Source of the DNA: Somniosus microcephalus
Taxonomy: Eukaryota
Length of the DNA: 64,000 nt
Direction of reading: 5' to 3'
Assembly: GCA_052327205.1 (NCBI GenBank)
Contig: CM126211.1
Location: 25,792,001 to 25,856,000, forward strand
The translations under genes and the position numbers were made by a program. Within the stretch, counting starts at the first letter, position 1; each line of letters starts with the position of its first letter. The notes under the pieces are model-generated. The model made no database searches and had not been told where the DNA came from. It saw only the letters and a list, made by a program, of their open reading frames with translations. Of this stretch, positions 1-12,209 are shown piece after piece.

Positions 1-469
1 TGATTTTTTTGACAAGATCACTGGGGAGGAAGGGGGGGGAATTGAAAAGAATGGAGAATCAATGCACTAAATAAGCTAACAATACAAATATGCTAGATTG
101 CCTAACCTAGGTGTGGTCTTCATTTTTTCATTCCTTAAATAGCATTCAATCTCCACAAAGAAATGAACAGGCCATCAACAAAATGGAAAAAAAAACACCA
201 GGACAGTGTCCCTTTAGGAATGTGACAGTCATTTGATCTTTGCCGATACCTACTTTGTGTGAAACCTGCTCTGGAAGCTTATCTCAGAGGCTTTAAAATG
301 AAATAGCTGATATTCTGAATTGTTACAAGGAATATAATTGTACACAAAGAAATCTTCAAGTATGCACTAGATTAGATAAAGACAGTTTTTAAAGATTTGA
401 ACGGCACTTGAAGAATAAAGGAAGAATGCATCATATTAATTATACCCACATAGAAAAGCAGAGAGGTAT

Positions 470-790
470 TCCTCCAGTGGCTCAATGAGTTTATCCAGTA
501 TGCAGCTGAGCTGCAGGTCAGGTATGTCTCGATTTCGATCTAGCGGCTGTGCTGAGATAGCTGATCTCAGGTTGGGCAGTGATAGAGGTACCACAACTGG
601 CCTCAGGAGGTGAAAATATCCCCGAGTGCTATCCAGTTTTAGCATGTATGTTGGGTGAGGAAAGGACTGGGCTCAATGGTAATTTGGTGGCTGCAAGACT
701 ATACCAAACAATATCTGGAACCAGGCAATGAGGGGCAAATTCTATACCTGGTCCGCTGTGTGGAAAGAAGCTAATCAGACTACACCCTCA
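470..790 (+). mobile_element. Old tRNA-derived SINE-like element (related copies near 2360-2705 minus, 12450-12650 plus, 51230-51375 minus)
   Basis: A-box-like agtggctcaatgag and shared gtgctgagntagctgatctcag-like core; ends approximate. Confidence 0.4.
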
Positions 791-849
791 AGAGTCTCAT
801 TTCATCTTGTTGCTATTAAGCAGAATATTTCTGTGTAAATGAGCTTTAC

Positions 850-1006
850 CTGATTCAAGGCTTCATAACCAGACTGCACACTGATGTTAAAGCTTTCTTC
901 ACTATCGCCATCATCAGATTTAGAAAGGATATTATTGATGTGGTGGAAAACATTGCTCTGATGAAGGAATTGATGATCAGACTGCTTGAATTTCAGACTC
1001 CAGCAT
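850..1006 (-). CDS. MYCBP2: MYCBP2 exon (CWSLKFKQSDHQFLHQSNVFHHINNILSKSDDGDSEESFNISVQSGYEALNQ)
   Basis: atctag|A...CAG|gtaaag; 157 nt. Confidence 0.96.
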
Positions 1007-1305
1007 CTAGATACACAACCAATAAACATCAGTAGAGAAATACTTGTGATTCGAAGACCGATGCCATATTGGGGACTGGAGGTGGGGAGGGAAAGAGAAG
1101 GAAATCAATTTATAGACAGCCAAGGATTTAACGATTATACCTGGTCGATACTACCTACCCATCATGAAGCAATCTTCAAGCACTTAACAGTACATTTGAT
1201 CATGCCAAGTGGCTGTACATGCTACATTTTCTAAATAATATATAATGGAATCGTGCGATTGGATTTCACTGCAAGTTCATGCAGTCTGGAGCACTAAACT
1301 AAGCA

Positions 1306-1385
1306 AATCATAGAATCATACAGCACGGAAGGAAGTCATTCGGTCCATTGTGTCTGTGCCGGCTCGTTTAAAGAGCTATCCTAAG
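1306..1385 (-). mobile_element. CR1 LINE 3'-end fragment
   Basis: atcatagaatcatacagcacggaaggaag... matches the start of the 6890 copy. Confidence 0.65.
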
Positions 1386-1404
1386 AGCAAATCTTAATGT
1401 AGGT

Positions 1405-1635
1405 TTATAAAACAAAAACAGAAAATGTTGATATACACAAGAGACCAGTCAGCATCTAGAGAGAGAACCGACAAGTTAAAGTTACAGATGCAAATCCTTT
1501 TCCAAAACACAAACTGTTTTGAAAAAGGCTCCACACCAGAAATGTTAACTTGCCTACTCATGTCGCTGATGCTGACTGACCTGCTGTGTTTCCCCAGCAG
1601 TTTCAGTTTTTGTTTCAGATTTCCAGCATCTGGAA
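1405..1635. repeat. Imperfect palindromic repeat, possibly Penelope-derived (related sequence near 34735-34815 and 40320-40820)
   Basis: Arms aaacaaaaacagaaaatgttg...cagtcagcatc and gatgctgactg...cagcagtttcagtttttgttt are reverse complements. Confidence 0.55.
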
Positions 1636-1797
1636 CATACATACAAGTAACTAAAGTATAAAATCTTGAGCAGCATTTGAATATGGTTAACTCCATTTAT
1701 AAAATGTTCAAATCACTTCCTGTTTCAATTGCTTTTTCATCACATGGATTTTAAACTCTTATTTAATTTTAAATATTAACTTATTTTTAAACCTTTC

Positions 1798-1848
1798 ATG
1801 TGGTGGAAAACATTACTCATGATTAAAGAGCTGACGATCAGACTGCTT
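1798..1848 (-). pseudogene. Degenerate partial duplicate of the exon at 850..1006
   Basis: About 44 of 51 positions match 938..988 by eye; 1-nt insertion breaks the frame. Confidence 0.75.
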
Positions 1849-2359
1849 AGGCATATTACGAGAAATTTGAGAGTCTGATGTTCAAAAATACACTGGAATT
1901 GAACACGAAGCTGGAAGACAGTAATGATTCAGTCCATGGAGCTAAGTTTTTAACACTACATTCAAAGCACCTGAGGCAATATGTTGGCAATGTTAAAATC
2001 TCAAAACTATTTTCATTTCAGTGTAACAATGCAAGTATGAGACAGGATATTGTAACAGCCCATATTTTCTTTTGGGGGGGGGGGGGGGGTGGTGGAAATT
2101 TACACATCTACATAAAGTAATTTAAAAAAATTGTACAAAATGAAAGTGACAACTTTTCTGAAATTTTAAATTAAAAATAAACCCCAAACACTCATCTTTG
2201 TGTCATTTCTGTGGTCGAGTGCAGAAACATTAAATTTGTTTACTTAGTTGACTCTAGGAATCTTTGATTCCATTGACTAATAACAACCTCAATTAGGCGG
2301 CTATCCATCACAAGCTCTTTTTAAATAAAGAAAAACTCCGTACCCCCACCCTCCTTAAA

Positions 2360-2705
2360 GCAGTGACTCGGTGTATATAGTTCCATGGGTGCCAGTGACC
2401 CTCTGGTACCTCACCCAAGTGGTTATTCTTCAAGGTCTAGACACAGTGTCAGAAAAGTAATTCAACTGTGAGGGGGCATCAAAGCCAGGCCAAATCCTGT
2501 CCTTATCCATCCACATGCACTTTCCGGCAATGTTCATTGGACAGTAACCAGGAATGGAATCTTGGCTGATTTCCTCTTCCACAGCCTGCAGCTGCTGAAG
2601 CCAACTGTAGCACTTCAAGCTGATGTCTGCTAACTCAAAGATCACGGATTCAACCAAGGATCTTCTGCCCTGCATGACTTAGTAGTGCATTTACCAATAG
2701 TAACA
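2360..2705 (-). mobile_element. Old SINE-like element, same family as 470..790
   Basis: Reverse complement shares the core with the 470 and 12450 copies; ends approximate. Confidence 0.4.
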
Positions 2706-3141
2706 TGGAGTCCCATGAAGGAGATTTATCCCCCAAAAATTTGCAGGTAAGACAATTACAGGACTTAACCAGAAGCATTCCTTTAAGGACATTAATCTTA
2801 AGGGTAGGCCGGTTGGATAACTATTTCTGAATTGGTAAAAGTTATCAAATCATATGAAGATTATTCACAATTTCCTACTGATGCAGTTGAGGAAAACTGA
2901 AAATATTTTACAGCAAGTTAAACTTCAACACATACTTAAAAAATAAAATAAAACTGCACTTTACAACACAGAACCGGAACATTTTGTTCAGGTAGATGAA
3001 TGAAATGTTGACAACTTAATCACTGCTCCTCTACTGTCCCAACACTAGAAGACTGAAATTTGATAAACAGATGATATTCCCTTCACATCTATGCAGTGTG
3101 TAGGATTCATTCTATATAGTTACAAAAGAGCAAGAGCCTAC

Positions 3142-3302
3142 CGTAAAGCCATCTGCTGCAGTGAACTGCCACTGGGGAGTGACATCATCAGGTCTGAAAT
3201 AGTTTGCAGCAGACGGTGGAAAGTTTGAGGCAAAGGATGAGCTGCTTCTCCTGCAATCACGATATCAGACAGTGGGTGCTCACACACTCCAGAATCTCTT
3301 TC
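3142..3302 (-). CDS. MYCBP2: MYCBP2 exon (ERDSGVCEHPLSDIVIAGEAAHPLP...LQQMALR)
   Basis: aaccag|GAA...CG|gtaggc; 161 nt. Confidence 0.96.
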
Positions 3303-4625
3303 CTGGTTTACAACATCAGAAAAAAGGCAATTAGTGGCTCCTTCGCTGAAAATAAATTTTGAAAATTGTTTGCAGTCTAGCAACATTGTTCATCATATAT
3401 TTGCATCATCATATTCTTGGGAGGGAAGGACTTGGGTGAGGTGCTCAATAGAGGTGAAGGTGCTGGAGCAATAGGAGATTCATCTATAAATGAGATTGTA
3501 GATGGTGAAAGTCATGTTATTGAGGCAGCTGGCACCACAAACATAGCAAAAGGCATTGTAATTGTAGCTGTGTAGTTTAGTGTCAGTTGCAATAAGTGAA
3601 ATCACAATGATCACGCATTGAAAGCATAAGTTTACGCATATGCTCGGCTGATTGAATATGCCAGGAGGGTGCATAGGGTTATTATCCATAACTAGAACTG
3701 GAGCTCTCCAATTGTTTCCTGACCCAGCTACAGAATCCAATGATCATAGCAATCTAAACATTTGACACGCTTCCCACTAGGCTGGTGCACTGGTGGAACT
3801 AAGGTGGGTGGGCACTTCCGCCTGTGGAATGTACTGTACGCGCTGCTGACCCTCATCTGTTTTCCAGGGTCAGCTCATTTACACATCAATGGCAACTGCC
3901 CACTAGCGAGCCACCACACATGATCTAGGAGCACAGAGGGGACAGGAATTGATGAGGTGGGTGCAGGATTTTAAATCTGGTCAGACAGCCATCACCTTTA
4001 CTGCTGATATTAGCGGGGGCATCATCTAGATCAGCTCATAGTAGAGCACTAAGAGGCACATAGTGGAAGCTTTATTATCGTGATAGAAACTACCAGTAGG
4101 ACTCAAATAGCTACAAAAAGCTATCAATAAATGCTGAATATTTTCAAATTTAATATTCACAAAGAATACACAAACCCAAGAGTAGAACAGATATACTCTC
4201 AAATACCACACAATTATAGGCCTCAGTGACAACCATTTAAAGCATTCAGACAATGAAGGAGAACTGCTTTATACACAAAGCTCTTTTGTTTGGCACCCAA
4301 AACAGTCTGCCAGTGGTGAGGCAGTAGCAAACATCTTGAGAAGAGGCTGGGAGGCATCACTTGCATTCTTGTGTCCATTTGTGGGCAGGCACTTTTATTA
4401 AGGGATGCACAAAATGCCAAAAATCCAGGAATTTCTACTTCTCGAGGCAGAACCCTGCCACTCTGCGACCCCGTGCTCATTTCTGCTCCCTCCTGTCCGA
4501 ATTCTGTTTCACTCCAGCTGCACCAACATCGGAAAGCCGAAGCTAATGTGTCTAATTTCTGAATTTACCGTAGTATTGGTTTAATAATGCAGACAATCCA
4601 AACATCATAATTTCCTTTAGGATCA

Positions 4626-4945
4626 TCACAGCGCCAGGGACCCGGGTTCGAATCTGGCCTCGGGCGACTGTCTGTGTGGAGTTTGCACATTCTCCCTGTG
4701 TTTGCGTGGGTTTACTCCGGGTGCTCCGGTTTCCTCCCACAGTCCAAAGATGTGCAGGTTAGGTTGATTGGCTATGATAAATTGACCCCTAGTGTGAGGG
4801 GGATTAAATACTTGGGGCTACGGGGATAGGGTGGGATATGTGTTGGTGTAGGGATTTTGGGGATCGGGTGGGATATGTGTCGGTGCAGGCTCGATGGGCC
4901 GAAATGGCCTCTATCTGCACTGTGGGGTTTCTGTGATTCTGTGAT
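4626..4945 (+). mobile_element. V-SINE (HE1-like), 5'-truncated, with CR1-like tail
   Basis: B-box ggttcgaatc, V-domain tgtgtggagtttgcacattctccc...ggtttcctcccacagtccaaagatgtgcaggttagg, tail gatgggccgaaatggcct...gattctgtga. Confidence 0.85.
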
Positions 4946-4983
4946 CAGACAAATATTCTAAGAGACTGCAATATTTAACCAAC

Positions 4984-5133
4984 CTGTTCTATATTCTCTT
5001 TGTTCACCTTGTTATCATCAACTTCTTCATCCTCAAATTCCAAGGGAGCAGGAGTCAGAGATGCCACAAAATGCCAGAGAATGTCATGGAGAGCAGTTGT
5101 CTGAATTACACTGCACAATAGCCAGTTGAAGGC
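4984..5133 (-). CDS. MYCBP2: MYCBP2 exon (AFNWLLCSVIQTTALHDILWHFVASL...KENIEQ)
   Basis: aaacag|GCC...CAG|gttggt; 150 nt. Confidence 0.96.
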
Positions 5134-5331
5134 CTGTTTAAATTGAAAAACAGCCACAAAACATTTAGACTTTACTCTTCAGACAAAATGTCAAAGCTCA
5201 TGATTAAATAAAACTAGTTCACTATCTTAATTAATCCTAAATGTAGATCATTTCTGACTTATCTGTTGAATGCATAAACTACATGCAGATATTTCGGTTG
5301 CTTAAAAATACACCTTGATTATTGTACTGAC

Positions 5332-5531
5332 CTCCATAGCATACACTCTGCAAGCAGATTTCCTTAGAGCATGTCTCATAGCCATTTCCAACCCTTCCAA
5401 ATCATGGTGTTGTATGACGAATGCTAGAACAGGCCACTGGAAATTTCGTTCTCCCTTGGGCAGCGAACTGTGAGCGGAGATCAGGCGAGAAAGCTCAGGG
5501 GATGGATGTCGAAGAAGAGAAGACCCCACTT
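5332..5531 (-). CDS. MYCBP2: MYCBP2 exon (EVGSSLLRHPSPELSRLISAH...SACRVYAME)
   Basis: aaacag|AA...GAG|gtcagt; 200 nt. Confidence 0.96.
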
Positions 5532-5677
5532 CTGTTTAAGAAGAAATTTAGTGACTAAAAAGTTTAAACATAAATGAAACATGATTTGACATTAAAACAT
5601 AAATTGGGGAGGGGAAGGAGGGGGGGCGGGGGGGGAGAGAAAGAGAACTTGCTGCCAAATTTTTTGTTTGTTTTTCA

Positions 5678-5880
5678 CATGGCCAAGATTGTCGGACAGG
5701 AGGAATGGTGGAAATGGAATGGCGGCGCGCACAGACGCAGCGGCTTTGCTTCTCCCAGGACGGTGCTATTTACATTTAATGTTAATGTTATTTGTACTGG
5801 ACTCATGGGAGCTTGCAAGATCACATTTCGTTGTTCATGTACTTGTGCATTGTACAATGACAATAAAGTTGAATTATTGA
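5678..5880 (+). mobile_element. Rex1/Babar-like LINE 3' end or SINE with such a tail
   Basis: Tail catttcgttg...tgtacaatgacaataaagttgaat. Confidence 0.5.
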
Positions 5881-5904
5881 GTTTTTTTTGGGGGGGGGGG
5901 GGGT

Positions 5905-6012
5905 GGTAAAAAGTGCTGGAAAATGGGATTAGAATAGACAGGGCTTGATGGCTGGCGCAGACACGATGGGCTGAAGGGCCTCTTTCTGTGTTGTATAACT
6001 CTATGACTCTAT
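5905..6012 (+). mobile_element. CR1 LINE 3'UTR fragment
   Basis: gacacgatgggctgaagggcctctttctgtgttgtataactctatgactcta terminus. Confidence 0.7.
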
Positions 6013-6439
6013 AAAAACTCTACGATAAAATGTTTGTTTTATTGGATCAGATGTATAATCCATGATGATTGGGAGAGGCTCCCGCCAGCCATTCCAACAC
6101 ATGCAACAGCTGCGAGACTCACCACACCCTCCCAGTACCACTGTCAGCTGGAGTTGATAGTGGGCCCATTTTCAAGTAGAAAATACAGATAGATTCTTCA
6201 TATATCTGCAAATTTGAGGAGCAGCAGCTTTGGGGCAATTTATCAGAACTGAAGGTTCTAACTGGCAGCATACACTGAAGCCCACAAACTTTTCTGCTGG
6301 CAATGTTCCCAAACGCATTCCGAATTGTCTTTTTAAAAAAGATATATATTAACAGAAGTTATCAAATTATAGAGGCATGATTCAAAAGCAATAAGGTACA
6401 AACGTAGCGCACTGAGAATTGGCGTTTTTTTTTTGAGAA

Positions 6440-6790
6440 AAAGGTTAAAAGTTTTAATGCGGGTGTAAACAGATTTCAAAAGAGAAGATAGGGAAAATAA
6501 GGAAACAGTAATTAGATGATGTCAAGCTTAGGTTTTAGAAGCCTGAAGACTGTAGAAGGAAGGAACGAAAGAGGGAGGCAAAGTGATGAGTCTTGATGAC
6601 AACACATTGAGGGTGTCCGAGGGAAAGGAGGTGGAGTAAGCTGATACAAATGTAGGATAATGTCTTTGCAGCTAAGAATAAAGAGAGGAAATTTGACAAT
6701 GGCACTGGTCACATCAATAAAACAGGAAGAGATGAGAAAGTTTGCTATGAAGAGAGGGAAGCTGTCAATGACAAACTTCTGAAGCTGTTT
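6440..6790 (-). mobile_element. Decayed L2-like LINE fragment
   Basis: Minus-strand remnant ...LLKPKLD... resembles the L2 ORF2 region before the RT domain. Confidence 0.35.
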
Positions 6791-6889
6791 AGGTCTGCCA
6801 TAGATACCTTCTCTGGTTCGGTGGCATCAGTTGCTCTTAAAGACATTTGAGCATCTTCCCTTTTATGGGAGTTGACTCGCACGCCCTAT

Positions 6890-7660
6890 ATAGAATCATA
6901 CAGCACAGAAGGATGCCATTGGGCCCATTGTGCCTGTGGTGGCTCTGAAAGAGTTATCCAATTAGTCCCACTCCCCTTAGCCCTGCAAATTTTTCCCATT
7001 CAAGTAATTATCCAATTCCTTTTTGAAAGTATTATTTGAATCTGCTTCCGTAACCCTTTCAGGCAGTGCATTCCAAATCATGATAACTCAATGAAAAATG
7101 TTCTCATCTCGTCTCTGGTTCTATTGCCATTATCTTAAATCTCTGTCCTCTGAAAGGTTACTGACCTTTCTGCCACTGGAAACAGTTTCTCCTTATTTAC
7201 CCTATCAAAATCCTTCATGATTTTCAACTCCTCTATTAAATCTCCCATTAATCTCTCTGCTCCAAGAACAACTCCAGCTTCTCTAGTCTCTCCACGTAAC
7301 TGAAGTCCCACATCCCTAGTACCATTCTAGTAAATCTGCTGTGCACCCTCTCTAAGGCCTTGAAATCCTACCTAAAACGTGGTACCCAGAATTGAACACA
7401 ATACTCCAGCTGGAGCCTAACCAGTGATTTACAAAGGTTTAGCAGAACTTCCTTGCTTTTGCACTCTGTCTTGATTTATAAAGCTAAGGATCCTGTATGC
7501 TTTTTTAATATCTTGATCAACTTGTCCTGCCCCCTCCTTTAAAATTGCACCATTTAGTTTATATTCCCGCTGCTCATTTTTCCTACCAAAATGCATCACT
7601 TCATACTTCTCAGCATTAAATTTCATCTGCTATGTGTCTGCCCATTTCATCAGTGTCTAA
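6890..7660 (-). mobile_element. CR1 LINE 3' part (RT C-terminus plus 3'UTR)
   Basis: ORF MKFNAEKYEVMHFGRKN...; LEYCVQFW-type motif on the minus strand; tail at 6890. Confidence 0.9.
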
Positions 7661-7861
7661 GTCTACTTGTATGATAGCATAACTTAGCTATCATCCCTTG
7701 TGATATGGAACAGATACTCATGTCTACTGCACATGTATTTCATCAATCTCTTTAAAGGTGGATTGAGCAAACACTTGGTGAGATGAGATTTGATGCAAAT
7801 TCTTAAGCTGCTTTATTTTCCATATAGTGAACATACAGGATCATAGAAGCTTACAGCACAG

Positions 7862-8655
7862 AAGTACTAGAGAAACTAATGGGGTTAAAAGCCGACAAAT
7901 GCCCTGGACCTGACGGCCTACATCCTAGGGTTCTAAAAGAGGTGGTTGCAGAAATAGTTTTGATCTTCCAAAATTCCCTGGATTCCAGAACGGTCCCATT
8001 GGAAGGTAGCAAATGTAATACCGCTATTCAAGAAAGGAGGGAGAGGGAAAAGAGTGAACTACAGGCCAGTTAGCCTGACATCAGTCATCTGGAAAATGCT
8101 GGAATCTATTGTTAAGGAAGTGGTATCAGGGCACTTAGAAAATCATAACATGATTAGGCAGAGTCAACACGGTTTTATGGAAGGGAAATAGTGTTTGACA
8201 AATTTATTAGAGTATTTGAGGATGTAACTAGCAGGGTAGATAAAGGAGAACCAGTGGATGTAATATATTTGGATTTCCAAAAGACATTCGATAAGGTGCC
8301 ACATAAAAGGTTATTACACAAGATAAGGGCTCATGTGGTTGGGAGCAATATATAGTAGCATGGATAGAGGATTGGTTAACGGACAGAAAACAGAGTAGGG
8401 ATAAACGGGTCTTTTTCAGGTTGGCAGGCTGTAACTAGTGAGGTGCCGCAAGGAACAGTGCTGGGGCCTCAGCTATTTACAATCTATATTAATGACCTAG
8501 ATGAAGGGGCCGAGTGTAATGTATCCAAGTTTGCTGTCGATACAAAGCTAGGTGGGACAGTAAGCTGTGAGGAGAACACAGAGTCTGCAAAGGGTTATAG
8601 ATAGACTGAGTGAGTGGGCAGTAAGGTGGCAGATGGAGTATCATGTAGGGAAATG
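7862..8655 (+). mobile_element. CR1 LINE RT fragment, family A
   Basis: PGPDGLHPRVLKE, NYRPVSLT, SQHGF, YLDFQKTFDKVPH, VPQGTVLGP motifs with frameshifts. Confidence 0.9.
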
Positions 8656-9338
8656 AGAGACTTGTGCTCCAGAACTAGCCGCATCTCTAGCCAAGCTGTT
8701 CCAGTACAGCTACAACACTGGCACCTATCTGACAATGTGGAAAACTGCCCAGGTATGTCCTGTCCACAAAAAGCAGGACAAATCCAATCTGGCCAATTAC
8801 TGCCCCATCAGTCTACTCTCAATCATCAGCAAAGTGATAGAAGGTGTCATCGACAGTGCTATCAAGCAGCACTTACTCACCAATAACCTGCTCACTGATG
8901 CCCAATTTGGGTTCTGCCAAGACCACTCGGCTCCCGACCTCATTACAGCCTTGGTCCAAACATGGACAAAGGGGCCGAATTCCAGAGGTGAGGTGACTGC
9001 CCTTGACATCAAGGCAGCATTTGATAGAGTGTGGCATGAAGGAGCCCTAGTAAAACTGAAATCAATGGGAATCGGGGGGTAAACTCTCCACTGACTGGAG
9101 TTATACATAGCACAAAGGAAGGTGGTTGTGGTTATTGAAGGTCAATCATCACAGCCCCAGGACATCGCTGCAGGAGTTCCTCAGGGCAGCGTCCTAGGCC
9201 CAACCATCTTCAGCTGCTTCATCAATGACCTTCCCTCCAACATAAGGTCAGAAATGGGGATGTTCGCTGATGATTGCACAGTGCCATTCACAACTCCTCA
9301 GATAATGAAGTAGTCCATGCCCACATGCAACAAGACCT
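8656..9338 (+). mobile_element. CR1-clade LINE RT fragment, family B (same family as 17450..18835)
   Basis: NYCPISLLS, LDIKAAFDRVWH, GVPQGSVLGP, FADD motifs. Confidence 0.9.
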
Positions 9339-9768
9339 GTCCTATGATGAGAGATTGTGTAGAATGGGCCTATACACTCTGGAGTTTAGATGAATGAGAG
9401 TTGATCTCATTGAAACATACAAAATTCAGAAGGGGATTGACAGGGTAGATGCTGAGAGGTTGTTTCCCCTGGCTGCCGTGTCTAGAACTAGGGGGCATAG
9501 TCTCAGGATAAGGGGTCGGCCATTTAAGACTGAGATGAGGAGGAATTTCTTCACTCAGAGGGTTGTGAATCTTTGGAATTCTTTGCCCCAGAGGGCTGTG
9601 GATGCTGAGTCTGAGTATATTCAAGGCAGAGACATATAGATTTTTGGACTCTAGGGGAATCAAGGGCAGGAAAGTGGAGTTGAGGTGGATGATCAGCCAT
9701 GATCTTACTGAATGGCGGAGCAGGCTCGAGGGGCCATATGGCCTACTCCTGCTCCTATTTCTTATGTT
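9339..9768 (+). mobile_element. CR1 LINE 3' end, family A
   Basis: DLIETYKI...RTRGHSLR...FFTQRVVNLWNSLP plus 3'UTR ending cctactcctgctcctatttcttatgttc. Confidence 0.9.
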
Positions 9769-11014
9769 CCAAGGCGGTCATTTGGCTCATCATGCCCATG
9801 TTGGATCTTTGAAAGAGCTGTCCAAAGGAGTCCTGCACCCCAGCCTTCTCCCCCTAAACCCTGCAAATTAGTCCTCTTCAAGTACATGTCCAACTGTCGT
9901 TTGAAATTTCCTATGGAATCTGCTACAATTGGTTTCACTTATTTTCAGCAATACAACATGATTTGGAATAATATAGAAATACTCAACACGCTATGCTACT
10001 CCATTTCAGTGGGTCATCTTGCTTGACTTAAAGCTAGATTTATTTTTAAAATCATCTCTCCTGTATTCCATCCTTCCTGCAGCCATTTGCTGCCTGACTG
10101 CTTCCTGCTTTTGCTGCATTCTCTTTTGTTTTTGCTAAGCCTGACTCTAGTGTCAGCTTTTAGTCAACTTATTATCCCCACAAAAAAAAGGGGACTACAC
10201 CAGCCTAACTTGGCAATGATCCCGGATAGAGTTGATGCAGAAAGACAATATGGAAACTGTAATTTATGAACACAGGTGACACTTATTCTTCACATTTCTT
10301 TTTCTTCCTATAGTCATACAGCTTTTGGTAAAACCTTTAGCACATTTTAATGAGCATTTTGATTTTGACAAATGCAATTTTTGATTTTCACGTGCATGTG
10401 ATATCAACTTAGACAATTTTATTCGCATGTTAACATTAAAAAAGTTAGTTCTTTGTCACATAGGGGGTCTCAAACAAGTTACAGAATATAAATAATATAG
10501 TGGACCCTCTCTCCAATCTGTGAAGGGCAGAGAGGTTAGAAATGTGGCTGCATACGGTCAAATTAGGTTGGGTTATTCTGACTTCTACTTTTAAGAGGTA
10601 CTCTCAATTTAAAAAAATAACAATGTACAGAATATATTTCAGAAATTAAAGAACAGGTCCTAAAAGGGGATTCTGCCAATCACATTAGACTGGCCTGATA
10701 TGGTTATGCATCAATTGAGGCTCGTGCTGCCTATGCATTCCAAATTCAAGAATGGCCCGCCTTTTCTTTAGAAGCAACTGTGAAAGAGACACTAAGAATC
10801 TACAAAGACCTTCTGGTATTGAGGCTGAATGGCAACTACAAAAAATTTCAGCAGGGAAGGGTGGTTAGACTCCTTTTATGCATTTCTAGAGTGTGAACCC
10901 ACAAGTTAAGTATTCTGGTTAAACCTTTGGCAAAGGACTGATTGATGATCCTATTGATCAGGCCAATAACAGTATCACTTTCTAGTGTATTCCAACTGAA
11001 GTGGTATATACAAT

Positions 11015-11588
11015 GGTCTAGAATTTGCTGTAACTGGTCAATGAACGGCACCCGCCGTTAGTTAGACTCGCCTGTGCCCGTTTGTGAAATTAATAAGGCA
11101 AGGACTGAGAAGAAAGTGTAAGTTAGAATGGTGAATTCAATGTCAAATCAGATACAGTAAGAGAAAGAGAGGAAAAGAAAGATTGGATTAAGACAGAGAG
11201 AAAAAAAGTAAATAAAAATCTCCAATAATTAAAACCTGACAGAATGAGACTCCACACTTGTAAGAGTTATTTTTCCAGTGCCAGAGAGGTTGACTGTCAG
11301 TAATTATCACTTATCGCATCGTTAAAAGGGTACTTAGGCTGAAATGGATAAGGCTTAACTTTCTGTTGAGTGTTTAGTTCGTATCTACCGTGCAAATACA
11401 GCAACTTCACGTCGTGCAATGCAATGGTGATCCAGTCGGCGAGATACCATTTTCGTGAAGCTAACGCCGGAGCGACGCATCTCCAACCGCAACTTTGATT
11501 TCCGCGCCTGAAGTTGCCGTGGCATTTGCACATAAATAACGGTGACGCCAATAGCCTCACCGTTAATTTTGACAGCAAAGTTTGGGCC
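11015..11588 (+). mobile_element. PIF/Harbinger-type MITE, family H2
   Basis: Imperfect TIRs ggtctagaatttgctg / cagcaaagtttgggcc; AAT on both flanks (3-bp TSD); homologous to 37478..38230. Confidence 0.7.
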
Positions 11589-11755
11589 AATATGTGCTTT
11601 TTAGATTGTGGATGTTAGCTGGTCTCCAAGGTATTAATGGCCATACTGTGGTTTGCTAAGATTTTCGATGCATTTTTGTGACACAAAAACATAGAAATGA
11701 AATTAAAGACAAAATGTTATGCATCATCACCATAGCAGCTACAGAAACCTCTCAC

Positions 11756-11913
11756 CTGCATCACCACTGTTAACTCTTCGCCTAGGAATAGCCTTCACAC
11801 GGGCAGGTGATATAGAGTGTTGTTTGTCATATTCCGATGCAACAACGGAGTACGATCGCTGGAAGACGCTACGTTTTGCTGTATCATTTTCCATTATAGG
11901 GCTGGTTTCAAGA
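11756..11913 (-). CDS. MYCBP2: MYCBP2 exon (LETSPIMENDTAKRSVFQRSYSVVASEYDKQHS...RRRVNSGDA)
   Basis: tttatag|T...CAG|gtgaga; 158 nt. Confidence 0.96.
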
Positions 11914-12041
11914 CTATAAAAACAGGCACAATGCACCATTACACAAACTCGATAAGAAAGGAACTATTAGTTTCTAAAACACCCAGAACATTCATCTTTA
12001 ACACTACATGCCATCAATAAACAATTCTGTTATGGAAGTAC

Positions 12042-12209
12042 CTAGGAGGCATTGATTTCAGGTTAGTTTCAGGCTCGTCAAAGACATGAGGGCAGGCATC
12101 TGGTGTGACGGATATGTATGGCGCCGGTACAGAGGTGGAACGAAGATATCTCATTTCATCTTGGAAGAGGTGATCATCATGGTAGCCAGTAAAGTTCTCT
12201 GAATGCTGT
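12042..12209 (-). CDS. MYCBP2: MYCBP2 exon (QHSENFTGYHDDHLFQDEMRYLRSTSVPAPY...KSMPP)
   Basis: aaacag|A...CTAG|gtactt; 168 nt. Confidence 0.96.
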
